From an uncultured delta proteobacterium (GTDB taxonomy: Bacteria > Myxococcota_A > UBA9160 > SMWR01), in the NCBI GenBank assembly GCA_963832165.1, contig CAWHTE010000011.1, positions 704,001 to 768,000 on the forward strand: a stretch of 64,000 nt of DNA, in the 5' to 3' direction. Numbering within the stretch: the stretch's first letter is position 1; every line of letters starts with the position of its first letter. A program made the translations under genes and the position numbers. Below are positions 10,623 to 20,788 of the stretch, piece by piece. Below the pieces are notes generated by a model. The model was not told the origin of the DNA. It ran no database searches and was given only the letters and a program-made list of their open reading frames with translations.

Positions 10623-11530
10623 TCGCGCGCCAAACGAGTCTCTCGCACGTCGCTGTGGCCGCCGCAGTGGTCTCTGCAGCGCTCGGTGCGCGTGCTGCCG
10701 CGCTCGAAGGCGCCGCGGACATCCAGCATCGCTGGCTTCCCTCGCTCGCTCTCGGATTCGACGTGCAGGTGGAGTCGACACCGAGTGCCACCGCGTCGAG
10801 CTCGCTTCGCGACACGGTCACCGACGATCGGGAGTTTCTCACCGCGGTTCCGGTACTTGAGGGCGAGCTCACCACCCCGGAGCTCGGCTTCCTGCCGGGC
10901 CGCCCTCGCGCATTCGCGGTCGCCGATTGGCACTATGGATGGCTCGTGGTCGACGAAGATCGGCCCGTCGTGGTGGAGGGCACCATCGGAGAGCCGGTGC
11001 TGATTCCGCCCCGGTGCCAGCCCGGCAATCCGACCCGTTGTCTCGAGGAGGACCTCGACCTCGTGGAGGGAATGGGCAGCCGCGTGGATGCGAGCATCGA
11101 GAACGGATGGAGTGCGGGCATCGGTGTCGCCTTCACGGTTCCCGTGGGAGACCTCTTCACGATCTCCGTGAAGCCGGCGTTCCTCTACCACCGCGAAGAG
11201 GTGGAGCTGCGCGGCGAGGTCAAGGATCCCTTCCTGATCATCGGATCGTCGCCCCCGAACGACAACACGGTCGGCTTCGTGCAGATCGCCGGAAAAAAGA
11301 CCGAGGAGTTCGGCGCGCTCGGCGGGCGGCTCGCGCTCGAGTACGAGGTAGGACGCCGGGGTCCAGTCGACCTGGTCCTCTATCTACAGGGGCAGCTCTT
11401 CTGGTGGCTCGATCCCGAAACGAGCTTCGATGCGGCGTCGGGAAGCGATACCGCGCACTTCGAATACGAGCGCGACGGCTTCATCGGCGCCGGTGGGATG
11501 GGGATCCGGGTGAGATGGCGTGGGCTATGA
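10619..11530 (+). CDS. Secreted hypothetical protein, probable outer-membrane beta-barrel
   Basis: GTG overlapping TPR gene stop; signal peptide; amphipathic beta-strands (WSAGIGVAFTVP, LGGRLALEYEV, GGMGIRVRW at C-terminus). Confidence 0.6.
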   Translation: MIARQTSLSHVAVAAAVVSAALGARAAALEGAADIQHRWLPSLALGFDVQVESTPSATASSSLRDTVTDDREFLTAVPVLEGELTTPELGFLPGRPRAFAVADWHYGWLVVDEDRPVVVEGTIGEPVLIPPRCQPGNPTRCLEEDLDLVEGMGSRVDASIENGWSAGIGVAFTVPVGDLFTISVKPAFLYHREEVELRGEVKDPFLIIGSSPPNDNTVGFVQIAGKKTEEFGALGGRLALEYEVGRRGPVDLVLYLQGQLFWWLDPETSFDAASGSDTAHFEYERDGFIGAGGMGIRVRWRGL

Positions 11531-11600
11531 GAAGCGCCGCGTACGACCCGAGGCCGGCGCCGCCCGCGGTGCGGGGCTGGTTCCCGGCGTCCGAGGTGGG

Positions 11601-13001
11601 ATGATGTTTCGCCGGCCCTTGAGCATCTGGGTCTACGGCGCAACCGGCGCCGCGATGCTGATCGCCTTCCTGTTCGCTTCCATCCAGAAGGTGGGCGGCG
11701 ACGGGCGTCCGCTCGGTGCTCCCGCGGACATCGGCGCGCTGCGCAACCGCAAGGACGTGAACGTACTGTTCGTGTTGATCGATACGCTGCGCGCGCATCG
11801 GCTCGGCGCCTATGGCTATCAGCGGGATACGAGCCCCACGCTGGACTATCTGGCGCGGACCGGCGTCCGATTCGCCAACCACGTGAGCCAGTCGTCGTGG
11901 ACGAAGTCTTCGATGGCATCGCTGTGGACCGGGCTCTATCCCCAGCGCACGCACGTGCTGCGCTACTCCGATGCATTGTCGCCCGACGCACGCGTGCCCG
12001 CGGAGATCCTCCGCGACGCGGGCTACCGGACGATGGCGATCTGGCGCAACGGGTGGGTGGCGCCGAACTTTGGCTTCGACCAGGGCTTCGAGACCTACCA
12101 CAACCCCACGGCAACCCCCGTTCCCAAGAACGTGATGCGCGAGAATCCCTCGTACGTCATGGCGGGCACCGACTACGACGTGATCGTGTCGGCACTCGAG
12201 TTCTTCCGGAGCTACGCCGACCGGCCGTGGTTCCTCTATCTCCATCTGATGAACGTCCACCAGTACGTTTACGACCGCGAGTCGGCGCTGTTCGGCACCA
12301 GCTATTCCGACATCTACGACAATTCGATCCGCCACACTGACGGTCAGATCCAGACGCTGATCGCGGGCCTGCGCGACAATGGGCTTGCCGACCGCACGCT
12401 GATCGTGGTGGCGGCCGATCACGGCGAGGCGTTCGGAGAGCACAAGCAGGAAGGACACGGGCGGGACCTGTACGGCGAGGTCACGGAGACGCCCCTGATC
12501 CTTAGCTTCCCGTTCCGGCTCGAGCGGGGCGTAGTGGTCGACATCCCGACCGAGAACGTGGACATCTGGCCGACCGTCCTCGATCTGCTCGGTCTGCCCG
12601 GGCTGGACGACCCGGATGGCCGTCCACGCGTCGCCGAGATCGAGCGCGCGGCGCGCGGCGATGCCCCGGTGGACGGTTCGTCGCCGCGCTTCGCCCACCT
12701 CGATCGCTCCTGGGGCCGCACCGACGAGGCACCGCTCCCGCTCGTGGCCGTGACCGAGGACCGACACCGGCTCGTGTATTCCCCGAAGGACGGGAAGACC
12801 GAGCTCTACGACCTCGCACTCGATCCCGGTGAGCAGCAGGACGTCGCGAGCGCACAGCCCGAGGTGGCGGCGAAGCTCCGCACCAGCGTCGACGACTACC
12901 TCGCGGACGGCCGATCGCCGTGGGGAGGTGGGGCGCCCCAGGTCGAGCTCGAGGAGATGCTGCTGCGACAGCTCCGCGCGCTCGGTTACGACGTGAAGTA
13001 G
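11601..13001 (+). CDS. Sulfatase-like hydrolase/transferase (alkaline phosphatase superfamily), membrane-anchored
   Basis: NVLFVLIDTLRA, AADHGEAFGEH, ELYDLALDPGE, LRALGY; no CxPxR motif; RBS GAGGTGG before 11601. Confidence 0.88.
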   Translation: MMFRRPLSIWVYGATGAAMLIAFLFASIQKVGGDGRPLGAPADIGALRNRKDVNVLFVLIDTLRAHRLGAYGYQRDTSPTLDYLARTGVRFANHVSQSSWTKSSMASLWTGLYPQRTHVLRYSDALSPDARVPAEILRDAGYRTMAIWRNGWVAPNFGFDQGFETYHNPTATPVPKNVMRENPSYVMAGTDYDVIVSALEFFRSYADRPWFLYLHLMNVHQYVYDRESALFGTSYSDIYDNSIRHTDGQIQTLIAGLRDNGLADRTLIVVAADHGEAFGEHKQEGHGRDLYGEVTETPLILSFPFRLERGVVVDIPTENVDIWPTVLDLLGLPGLDDPDGRPRVAEIERAARGDAPVDGSSPRFAHLDRSWGRTDEAPLPLVAVTEDRHRLVYSPKDGKTELYDLALDPGEQQDVASAQPEVAAKLRTSVDDYLADGRSPWGGGAPQVELEEMLLRQLRALGYDVK

Positions 13002-13019
13002 GCGGGGCCTCCGAGCGGC

Positions 13020-14738
13020 GTGGGCAGCGAGCGACGCGCGCAGGATCTGGTGATCTCGGCGGCGCTGATCGGGGTTGTCGCAGCCGTCTACGCGCCGGTT
13101 CGAACCTTCGGCTTCGTGAGCTTCGACGATCCCGGCTACGTGATCGAGAACGCGCGGGTGCTCTCGGGCGCTTCGCTCGAGAACGTGCGCTGGGCATTCA
13201 CGACCTTCCATTTCGCGAACTGGCATCCGCTGACCTGGCTCTCGTACTTCGCGGACGTAGCGGTGTTCGGCCCCGACCCAGGGGCCATGCACCTCGTCAA
13301 CGTTGCGCTCCATGCCGCGAACGCGGTGCTCGTGTTCGCGCTCCTGCACTTGCTCACGGGGCAGCGTTGGCCGAGCGCCTGCGTGGCGGCGCTGTTCGCG
13401 GTCCACCCGCTGCACGTGGAATCGGTGGCGTGGATCTCCCAGCGCAAAGACGTCTTGAGCGCCTTCTTCGGGTTGTGTTCGCTGCTGGCGTACGCGCGCT
13501 ACGCGCGAGGCGGCGGCGCGATCGCGTGGGGGGCGAGCGCTGGCGCGCTCGCACTCGGGCTAATGGCGAAGCCGATGCTCGTGACGCTGCCCCTGCTGAT
13601 GCTCGTGCTGGATGCCTGGCCGCTCGGCCGGTGGTCTCCGCTCGCGTCCGGAGGCGCACGCGCGCTCGGACGACTGCTGCGCGAGAAAATTCCCTTCCTG
13701 CTGATCGCGGCTGCCTCGTCGGCGCTCACGCTCGTCGCGCAGGCACGGAGCCACGCGATCGCGGGAATCGAGCACGTGTCGTTCGACGCGCGCATCGCCA
13801 ATGCCGGAATCGCCTACGCGGCGTACCTCTCCAAGCTCTTCTGGCCCGCAGCGTTGGCTCCACTCTATCCGCACCCGGGCGACGCCGTGCCACGCGCGCT
13901 CGGCTTCGCCGCATGGGCCGCGATCGCCGCGCTCACGCTGCTGGCGTTCTTTGCCGGACGCCGTCGCCCCGCGATCGCCGTGGGCTGGACCTGGTTCCTC
14001 GTGGCGCTCGTGCCCGTGATCGGCCTGGTGCAGGTGGGCGATCAGGCCTACGCCGATCGCTACGTCTATCTGCCCGCGCTCGGGATCTACATCGCGCTCG
14101 CGTGGAGCCTGTGCGGTTCGGCTTCGGGCTCCGCAGCGCGTCGAGCCGCGGCTGCCGCCGCGACGGCTGCTGTGCTCGCGCTCGCCAGTGTCGCGTCCGT
14201 GCAGGTCGGCCACTGGCGCGACAGCCTGACTCTCTTCGAGCACACGCTTCGCGTCACCTCGAACAACACCGTCGCGCATACCCACTACGCCAATGCGCTG
14301 TTCGGCGCAGGGCGGGCCAGCGACGCGGTCGACCACTACCGGGCCGCCGATACGATCCATCCTGGACTCGCGTGGAACCACGTCGGGCTCGGGAATGCGT
14401 GGCTACAGATGCAGCAATTCGCCGAGGCGCGTGCCGCCTTCAGCAGCGCGCTGGCCGCGGATCCGACCTCGGTCGCGGCGCACGTCGGACTCGGAAACAC
14501 TCAGCTCGCCGAGCGCGATGCGCCGGCCGCGCTCGAGTCGTTCCGCCGCGCGCTCGAGCTCGCGCCCGACTCGGCGGAGGCACATAACAGCGTCGGCGTG
14601 GCACTCGCGACGATGGGCGATCTGGAGGGCGCGCTCGGCCACTTCGAGGCCGCGCTGCGGCTGCGGCCCTACTACGCGCAGGCCGCGGCGAACCTCGCCC
14701 GGGCCAAGCAGGCTCTGGCCGCGGGGAGCGCCAACTAA
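13020..14738 (+). CDS. GT-C fold TMTC-like membrane glycosyltransferase with C-terminal TPRs
   Basis: FDDPGYV loop, WHPLTWLS, HPLHVESVAWISQRKD, ADRYVYLP, multiple TM helices, TPRs. Confidence 0.85.
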   Translation: MGSERRAQDLVISAALIGVVAAVYAPVRTFGFVSFDDPGYVIENARVLSGASLENVRWAFTTFHFANWHPLTWLSYFADVAVFGPDPGAMHLVNVALHAANAVLVFALLHLLTGQRWPSACVAALFAVHPLHVESVAWISQRKDVLSAFFGLCSLLAYARYARGGGAIAWGASAGALALGLMAKPMLVTLPLLMLVLDAWPLGRWSPLASGGARALGRLLREKIPFLLIAAASSALTLVAQARSHAIAGIEHVSFDARIANAGIAYAAYLSKLFWPAALAPLYPHPGDAVPRALGFAAWAAIAALTLLAFFAGRRRPAIAVGWTWFLVALVPVIGLVQVGDQAYADRYVYLPALGIYIALAWSLCGSASGSAARRAAAAAATAAVLALASVASVQVGHWRDSLTLFEHTLRVTSNNTVAHTHYANALFGAGRASDAVDHYRAADTIHPGLAWNHVGLGNAWLQMQQFAEARAAFSSALAADPTSVAAHVGLGNTQLAERDAPAALESFRRALELAPDSAEAHNSVGVALATMGDLEGALGHFEAALRLRPYYAQAAANLARAKQALAAGSAN

Positions 14739-16390
14739 CCTCCCTCGAAGCCGATCTCCTCGATCAGCAGGCCCGAGAGGCCGTGTGTGTCGGCGGTCGT
14801 CGGCGACGCATTCAGCTCGATCACGACGTAGCCGCGCAACGACGGTGCGACCGGGTGCGGGAGGCGAATCTCGAAGGGCCCCGGCGCGTCGAGCGATACC
14901 GTGCCCTTGTCGCCGCCGACGAGCCGTACGACGACCTGTACCGGCAACCGAGGCACGACGCCGAGCCGGCCTCGTACGACGAGATCCGCCCGCCGCGCGG
15001 GAAGGACCAGCTGAGCGCTCGATCCCGTCATCCAGCCGCTTCCCCCGGAGTCGTGCGACCGATACTCGAGCCAGCCTCCGACGCCGAGCACGAGGAACGG
15101 CTCGTAGCGGCCGCTGGCGAAATCGAGCTTTGCGGGCGCCTGTTCGGCGGGAGGCAACAGCGACACGGGTTCCGTGCTCTGCGGAGCCCCGGAGGTCGCG
15201 CCGTTCGCGAACCAGTCGACGATCTCGCGCGCGGCCACGTCGTGTGCGCGCGCGTCGAGATGGCCGTCGCGCAGGTAGATCGACGCCGCCCGCTCGGCGG
15301 TCGCCGCCCGGAATGGATCGAGCAGGATCCGGGCGTCGATGCGCTCGCGGCGAAAGAACTCGGCGAGTGTCCGCTCGGGCTCGTTCCAGTCCAGCTGTCC
15401 GTCGAGCGAACGCGCGCCTGCCTGGCGCACCAGCATGTCGGTATGCATCGCGGTGGCGTCGCGGTGCACCTGCACGAAGCGTGGAATCACGATCACGAGC
15501 AGCTTTGCGTTGATCGCGGCGCACTCGTCGCGCACCGCGCGCAGCAGGCGGAAGGTCGTCTCCCAGGCCGATCGCCACGCGGGATCGCGCGGCTCACGGC
15601 GATGGATCTCGAGCTCCTCGGTCGGAGCGAGGCCTGCGCGCAGGCGCTGCGACAGGGTCGCCGGCTCGCGCCAGGGATCGAGCCATTCGATCCCGTAGCG
15701 TCGTCCCAGGCCGAGCGCGCCCCGCTCGAGCAGGGCGAACGTGCGGAGGTGACGGCGCAGCAAGGCGCGCCCGGGGTGCACCCACGTGAGGACGAACTCG
15801 TCGCCGCGTGCTACGAGGTAGGGGCGGATGTAGTCGCCCGGGCTTCCGGTGGTGCGGCCGGCGAGCTCGATCGCGTTGTTGGCCACGTCGTTCGCGGGAT
15901 ACAGCGACAACACTACGACTTCGGGCCGGATGCGCGCCGCAGCGCGGCGCAACAGCAAAAGCTCCTGCGCGGTGCCGTAGTCCGTCGACGAGAGGTTGTA
16001 CACCTCGGCGGCGCGGCCGAGATCCGAGAGCGCGCGCTCGGTCCGCGACGTGAGTAGGTTCTCCTCGCGCAGCGCCAGTCCGACGAGGAAGGAGTCGCCG
16101 ATGAAAGCGATGCGCGTCGCGCCGAAGGTCTGCGCGTCGGGTTGCGGCAGCTCGCGCCCGCGGAAGCCCTCCGACGATAGACGGATTTCGAACGGCCCCG
16201 CCTCGTCGGCGTAGTCGATCGCGAGACCCGGGATCTGGCGTAGTCCCAGCTCGGGATGGAACTCGAGGTGGTTCAGCGCGTGGTAGCGCGGCGGATCCGT
16301 CGCGAGCCGGGCGCCCGACTCGACGAGTCCGAAGCCGAGCGCGACGGACGCGATGCCGAGGGCGGCGCTGCCGATCCGTGCGCGAGTCAA
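14735..16390 (-). CDS. SGNH/GDSL-family (AlgJ/AlgX-like) membrane-anchored esterase/acetyltransferase
   Basis: FIGDSF, YPAND, DGHLD motifs; N-terminal TM segment. Confidence 0.75.
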   Translation of the reverse strand: MTRARIGSAALGIASVALGFGLVESGARLATDPPRYHALNHLEFHPELGLRQIPGLAIDYADEAGPFEIRLSSEGFRGRELPQPDAQTFGATRIAFIGDSFLVGLALREENLLTSRTERALSDLGRAAEVYNLSSTDYGTAQELLLLRRAAARIRPEVVVLSLYPANDVANNAIELAGRTTGSPGDYIRPYLVARGDEFVLTWVHPGRALLRRHLRTFALLERGALGLGRRYGIEWLDPWREPATLSQRLRAGLAPTEELEIHRREPRDPAWRSAWETTFRLLRAVRDECAAINAKLLVIVIPRFVQVHRDATAMHTDMLVRQAGARSLDGQLDWNEPERTLAEFFRRERIDARILLDPFRAATAERAASIYLRDGHLDARAHDVAAREIVDWFANGATSGAPQSTEPVSLLPPAEQAPAKLDFASGRYEPFLVLGVGGWLEYRSHDSGGSGWMTGSSAQLVLPARRADLVVRGRLGVVPRLPVQVVVRLVGGDKGTVSLDAPGPFEIRLPHPVAPSLRGYVVIELNASPTTADTHGLSGLLIEEIGFEGG

Positions 16391-16575
16391 GCCAGCCGCC
16401 AGCGCGGGCCCAGGTTGCCGAGAGCGTCGTCCATCTTCGCGACACAGCGTGCCATGAACGATGGGACGAGCGATAGCACACGGACCGAGGTGTACATCTC
16501 TTCACTATTCGAAGACGGTCGCGTCCACTGTAGACTCCTTCGACTGTTCGGCGGGGAGACGTGCGGAGGATTCGA

Positions 16576-17550
16576 GTGGCGAGCATCGATCTCGGTGGTC
16601 AGGCGGCGATCGTAACGGGTGCGGGACGCGGGATCGGGCGGGCGCACGCGATCATGCTCGGCGCACGCGGTGCCGGCGTGGTGGTGAACGACATCGGAAC
16701 GGAGATCGACGGATCCGGCGGCGATCGCAGCGTCGCCGAGGCGGTCGCCGAGGAGGTTCGCGCCGCGGGCGGAAAGGCCGTTGCCTCGACCGCCGACGTT
16801 GCGACGCCGGAAGGCGGAGCCGATATGGTGCGCCAGTGCCTCGACGCATTCGGCCGGGTCGACATGCTGGTGCACAACGCCGGGATCGTGGTCGGCGCGG
16901 CGTTCGCCGAGCAGTCGCTGGTCGATGTCCGTCGCACGATCGACCTCCACCTGATGGGCGCCTACCACGTCGGTCAGCCGGCCTATCGCGAGATGATCGC
17001 GCGCAAGTACGGCAGGATCGTGTTCACGACGTCGGGCGCGATCTTCGGTCACCCGATGGTGCACGCTTACGCCGCTGCGAAGCTCGCACTGGTCGCGCTG
17101 GCACGCTGCGTCCACGAGGAGTCGCGCATGGCCGGGCTGGACATCAAGGTGAACGTGATGGGACCGATCGCCGCGACGCGGATGGCACGCGACACGCAGA
17201 AGCAGCGCTTCGGGGACCTCATGGATCCCACCAACGTGGCGGCGGTGGTGACCTATCTCTTGAGTCCACAGTGCGCCGTCAGCGGAGAGACTTTCCAGGC
17301 CGGCGGAAGCCACGCGGCGCGGATCTTCCTCGGTATGACTCGCGGCTGGGCATCGGGCAAGACGGGCCTGCAACCGGAAGAGGTGGCCCGCCACCTCGAC
17401 GACGTCATGGCTCTGGAGGATTACCTGATCCCCGAGAACGGCAACGCCGCCACCGACGCCGTCTACTCTCGCGCGACCGGGCGCGCTGATCAGATGACCT
17501 ATCAGGAGATCATGCCGAAGGCATCGCGCGAGCTGCAGGACAAGCGTTGA
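16576..17550 (+). CDS. Short-chain dehydrogenase (3-hydroxyacyl-CoA dehydrogenase/MFE-2-like)
   Basis: TGAGRGIG, VVVNDIG, HNAG, YAAAK; RBS GGAGG. Confidence 0.92.
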   Translation: MASIDLGGQAAIVTGAGRGIGRAHAIMLGARGAGVVVNDIGTEIDGSGGDRSVAEAVAEEVRAAGGKAVASTADVATPEGGADMVRQCLDAFGRVDMLVHNAGIVVGAAFAEQSLVDVRRTIDLHLMGAYHVGQPAYREMIARKYGRIVFTTSGAIFGHPMVHAYAAAKLALVALARCVHEESRMAGLDIKVNVMGPIAATRMARDTQKQRFGDLMDPTNVAAVVTYLLSPQCAVSGETFQAGGSHAARIFLGMTRGWASGKTGLQPEEVARHLDDVMALEDYLIPENGNAATDAVYSRATGRADQMTYQEIMPKASRELQDKR

Positions 17551-18562
17551 GCGCGGGGAGCACGCACTCACTGACCTGTGCCAGGCTCTCCGCTACGGCC
17601 CGAGCGTCGCTGAAGCGCGACTGAGGGGTGATGACGAAGTGTCCCAGGCCGAGCCCGGCGAGCTCGGCCAGGCGATCCACGCATTGTTGCGCCGAGCCGA
17701 CCACCGCGAAGCGATCGATGAACCCGTCGTCGAGCAGCATGGCCTGCGGCGACTTGGCCTGACCATGTCCTCCGTCCATGTCGTATGCGCGCAAGAGCGC
17801 TTCCATGACGCCTCGGTCCTCGGCGGGAACGTCGTCGAGCGGCTTCCCGGCCATGCCCGAGAAGCGGGCGAAGCCCGACACACCGCCGCGTACCATGTCC
17901 CGCGCAACTCGGGGATCGGGGTGGACGGCCAGATTCACGAATGCACCCAGCCCGATGCCCGCAGGATCGAGCCCTGCCTCCTCGCGAGCGCTCCGTGCCA
18001 GGGCCACGGCGCGTTGGATGCGAATGGAGCTCGCGCCGATGTTGAAGCTGATGCGGTCGGCATGCACGGCGGCGATCGCGATCACTCGCGGGCCGGTTGC
18101 GCTGATATCGAGCGGAACCTTGGGAAGCCCGCTGGAGGACAACCACTCGATCCGGCGTTCCGCCCCAGCGACCGCGACCGTTTCGCCTCGCAGGTAGCGC
18201 TGAACCTCCCGGACGTAGGTCTCGAACTCCCGCACGGGCATCGGTGGGCGTCCGAGGAAGGCGTGAGCCGAGTCTCCCCGTCCGAGACCGAATAGCGCCC
18301 TGCCGCCGGTAACCCATTGCAGAGAAGCCGCCTGGGAGGCGTGCAGCGCCGGATGACGCGTGCCGGGGTTCGAACAGCCTTGGCCGAGACGCAGGACGCG
18401 CGTGGCTCCCGCCAGCGAGGCCAGGACGACGTAGGGGTCAGGGGTGACGTACTGGTTCTCGGGCAAGAGAATGCCCGTCCATCCATCCTCTTCTGCTCGA
18501 CGCGCCCTGTCGTATAGGTCCTCGTAGGGCGGAAATGCATGCAACCAGAACTCGGCTGCCAT
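17510..18562 (-). CDS. Luciferase-like (LLM) flavin/F420-dependent oxidoreductase
   Basis: AEEDGW...PDPYVVLA, SNPGTRHP, GRALFGLGRGDS, SATGPR. Confidence 0.9.
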   Translation of the reverse strand: MAAEFWLHAFPPYEDLYDRARRAEEDGWTGILLPENQYVTPDPYVVLASLAGATRVLRLGQGCSNPGTRHPALHASQAASLQWVTGGRALFGLGRGDSAHAFLGRPPMPVREFETYVREVQRYLRGETVAVAGAERRIEWLSSSGLPKVPLDISATGPRVIAIAAVHADRISFNIGASSIRIQRAVALARSAREEAGLDPAGIGLGAFVNLAVHPDPRVARDMVRGGVSGFARFSGMAGKPLDDVPAEDRGVMEALLRAYDMDGGHGQAKSPQAMLLDDGFIDRFAVVGSAQQCVDRLAELAGLGLGHFVITPQSRFSDARAVAESLAQVSECVLPALNACPAARAMPSA

Positions 18563-18590
18563 CGCGGCCTCCTTCCACGAAACGTGACGA

Positions 18591-19025
18591 CTAGCGCGGC
18601 AGCCGGACTACTGCCGTACCCGTCGTGACCTGTGTTCCATCGCTCTTCGCGATCTCGATCGACCATTCCACGTCGCCTGCGTCGTCCGCCTCGCGCAGCG
18701 CAGTCACGCGTGCGGTGACGTCGAGCACGACGCCCACGTTCGCAGTGGCCATGTGCCGGAATCCGAGCCTGCGAAGACAGCCGGGGTCCCCAGCCCAGCG
18801 TGTGAGCATGCGGTCCACCCAGGCGTACATGTGCGAGCCCATCACGAGGACGTCATCGAACCCGTCGTGGCGCGCCCACTCGCGGTCGTAGTGGATCCGA
18901 TGCGATCCCCACCAGGCGACCCCCATCAGGAACGACGCGAGGTTGGACGTCTGCTCGCGATGCCGGAGCTCCTCGCCGAGCGCTACGTCGCCGAATCGGC
19001 GCGCCATCTGCGGTGCATCGCTCAT
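18591..19025 (-). CDS. MaoC-like hot-dog dehydratase subunit
   Basis: HRIHYDREWARHDGFDDVLVMG; ATG overlaps upstream stop (ATGA). Confidence 0.85.
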   Translation of the reverse strand: MSDAPQMARRFGDVALGEELRHREQTSNLASFLMGVAWWGSHRIHYDREWARHDGFDDVLVMGSHMYAWVDRMLTRWAGDPGCLRRLGFRHMATANVGVVLDVTARVTALREADDAGDVEWSIEIAKSDGTQVTTGTAVVRLPR

Positions 19026-19513
19026 CGGAAGATGATCGTCTGGATGTCGCGGGCCACGAACTCGCCGCGCTGGTTGGTGTGCTGTGATTCCTTCTTCACG
19101 ACGATGAGCTTGCCCTTGCGCCCCTGCTTCTCCTCGATGCTCGCGACCTTCTCGCGCACGGTGATCACGTCTCCGGGCCGGATCGGCACGCCCAACTCGA
19201 TGTCCCAGCCCGCAAGCACCGATACTCCGTGGAGACCCGGAAGCATCAAGTCGTCGTACTGGCCGTCCTCGAGCAGGCGCGAGATCGGAACCACGCGTCG
19301 CGAGGCCACCAGGAAGAAGAGCGGTGGCGCGACGATCCCCTCGTATTGCGTTCGTCGGGCAAACGCCTCGTCGAAGTAGAGCGGATTCCAGTCGTCGGCG
19401 CCTGCGAGATACTCCTTGATGTGTCGGAGCGACACCGGGTCGGACACGCGCACGCCCTCGCGTCCGAGCTGATCCCAGGCCTCTTCGCTGACGTAAGGTG
19501 TCTCGGGCACCAC
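19022..19513 (-). CDS. MaoC/FAS1-like dehydratase N-terminal-domain protein
   Basis: DDWNPLYFDEAFARRTQYEGIVAPP, PIRPGDVIT. Confidence 0.87.
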   Translation of the reverse strand: MVPETPYVSEEAWDQLGREGVRVSDPVSLRHIKEYLAGADDWNPLYFDEAFARRTQYEGIVAPPLFFLVASRRVVPISRLLEDGQYDDLMLPGLHGVSVLAGWDIELGVPIRPGDVITVREKVASIEEKQGRKGKLIVVKKESQHTNQRGEFVARDIQTIIFR

Positions 19514-19516
19514 TCT

Positions 19517-20788
19517 TCAGGCCTCGCTTCGGCGCGGGGGATGCGTGCGGGCGTCCGCGGGCTCGAAACCGAAGACGCGAAGTGCATTGGCGCGCGTCAC
19601 GCGCTCGAAAGCGGAGTCGTCGAGGTGCGCCAGTGAATCCGCGAGGTATTTGCGCGTGTCCGGCCAGCTCGTGTCGGGATGCGGATAGTCGGTCTCGAGC
19701 ATGCAGTTGTCGACGCCGATCTCCGCGATCTGCCGGGTCCCAAAGCGTTCGAACGGCAGGAACCATCCGAACACGTGGTCCGCGAAGTAGTGGCTCGGCG
19801 GGTGCGGGAGAGGGCTGCCCCATATCCGCCGATGGCGATGCCAAACGTAGTCGGCGTGCTCAAGCGCGAACGGGATCCAGCCGATCTTGCCCTCGGCGAG
19901 CACGAGCGACAGCCGTGGGAAACGTTCGAACACGCCCGACAGGATCCAGTCGAAGAAGGTGATCGGCGGCAGCGCGCCCGCCATCGCGAGTGCCACGCTC
20001 ACGGGCTGCGTCTTCGGGGTCGGCGGCAGCCACCACGACGCGCCGACATGAATGCAGATCGGCATCTGCGCCTCCTGAGCCGCGTCGAACAGTGCATCCC
20101 AGGGGCGATCGGGATCATGGAGTGACGGCAGACCCATCCGGAACGGATCCTCGGGAAAGGTGATCGCGCGGGCGCCCTTCGCAGCGACCCTGCGCGCCTC
20201 AGCTGCGGCCAGTGCACCGTCCCATAGCGGCAGGCACGTGACGGGTACGTAGCGACCCGGCGCCGCTCCGGCCCACGCGTCGACGACAAAGTCGTTGTAC
20301 GCCGCGATGCAGAGCCGGGTCAGCTCGCGGTCGGCACTCTTGAGGACGAGGTGGCCGCAGTAGCTCGGGAACTCGACCATCGGAAAGCAGACTGAAGCCG
20401 TGATTCCGTCGCGATCGAGCGCTTCGAGGCGCGCGACCGGATCCGTGAACCGCCTCGGCGCGTCGCGATACGAGAACGCCCGCAGCGTCCGGGCGCTCAT
20501 CGACTCGGTGTCGTCGACGAGCGAAGACGCGGAAGTGGGAAAGAGCTGGCCGTCGTACGACCATGCGTCGCCGGGCAGCTCCGCGCCCGTCTGTCGATCG
20601 CGCGCGAGCGTGTTGGCCAGCTCCTGCTCGGAGAGAAATTCGTGCAGAAGACCGCGGGCCGTCGGCTCCATCTCCACGACGCGCGGTTCGCGGTCGCGGT
20701 ACTTCGCGGGAAGCCGATCCGAGAATGCATCCGGCGGCAGCACGACGTGGTCGTTGGCCGAAACGAAGCCGCATTCACTCCGGTTCAT
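19517..20788 (-). CDS. Amidohydrolase family 2 protein
   Basis: SANDHVV, AYNDF, CIHVG, AEGKIGW, ETDYPHPD. Confidence 0.9.
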   Translation of the reverse strand: MNRSECGFVSANDHVVLPPDAFSDRLPAKYRDREPRVVEMEPTARGLLHEFLSEQELANTLARDRQTGAELPGDAWSYDGQLFPTSASSLVDDTESMSARTLRAFSYRDAPRRFTDPVARLEALDRDGITASVCFPMVEFPSYCGHLVLKSADRELTRLCIAAYNDFVVDAWAGAAPGRYVPVTCLPLWDGALAAAEARRVAAKGARAITFPEDPFRMGLPSLHDPDRPWDALFDAAQEAQMPICIHVGASWWLPPTPKTQPVSVALAMAGALPPITFFDWILSGVFERFPRLSLVLAEGKIGWIPFALEHADYVWHRHRRIWGSPLPHPPSHYFADHVFGWFLPFERFGTRQIAEIGVDNCMLETDYPHPDTSWPDTRKYLADSLAHLDDSAFERVTRANALRVFGFEPADARTHPPRRSEA

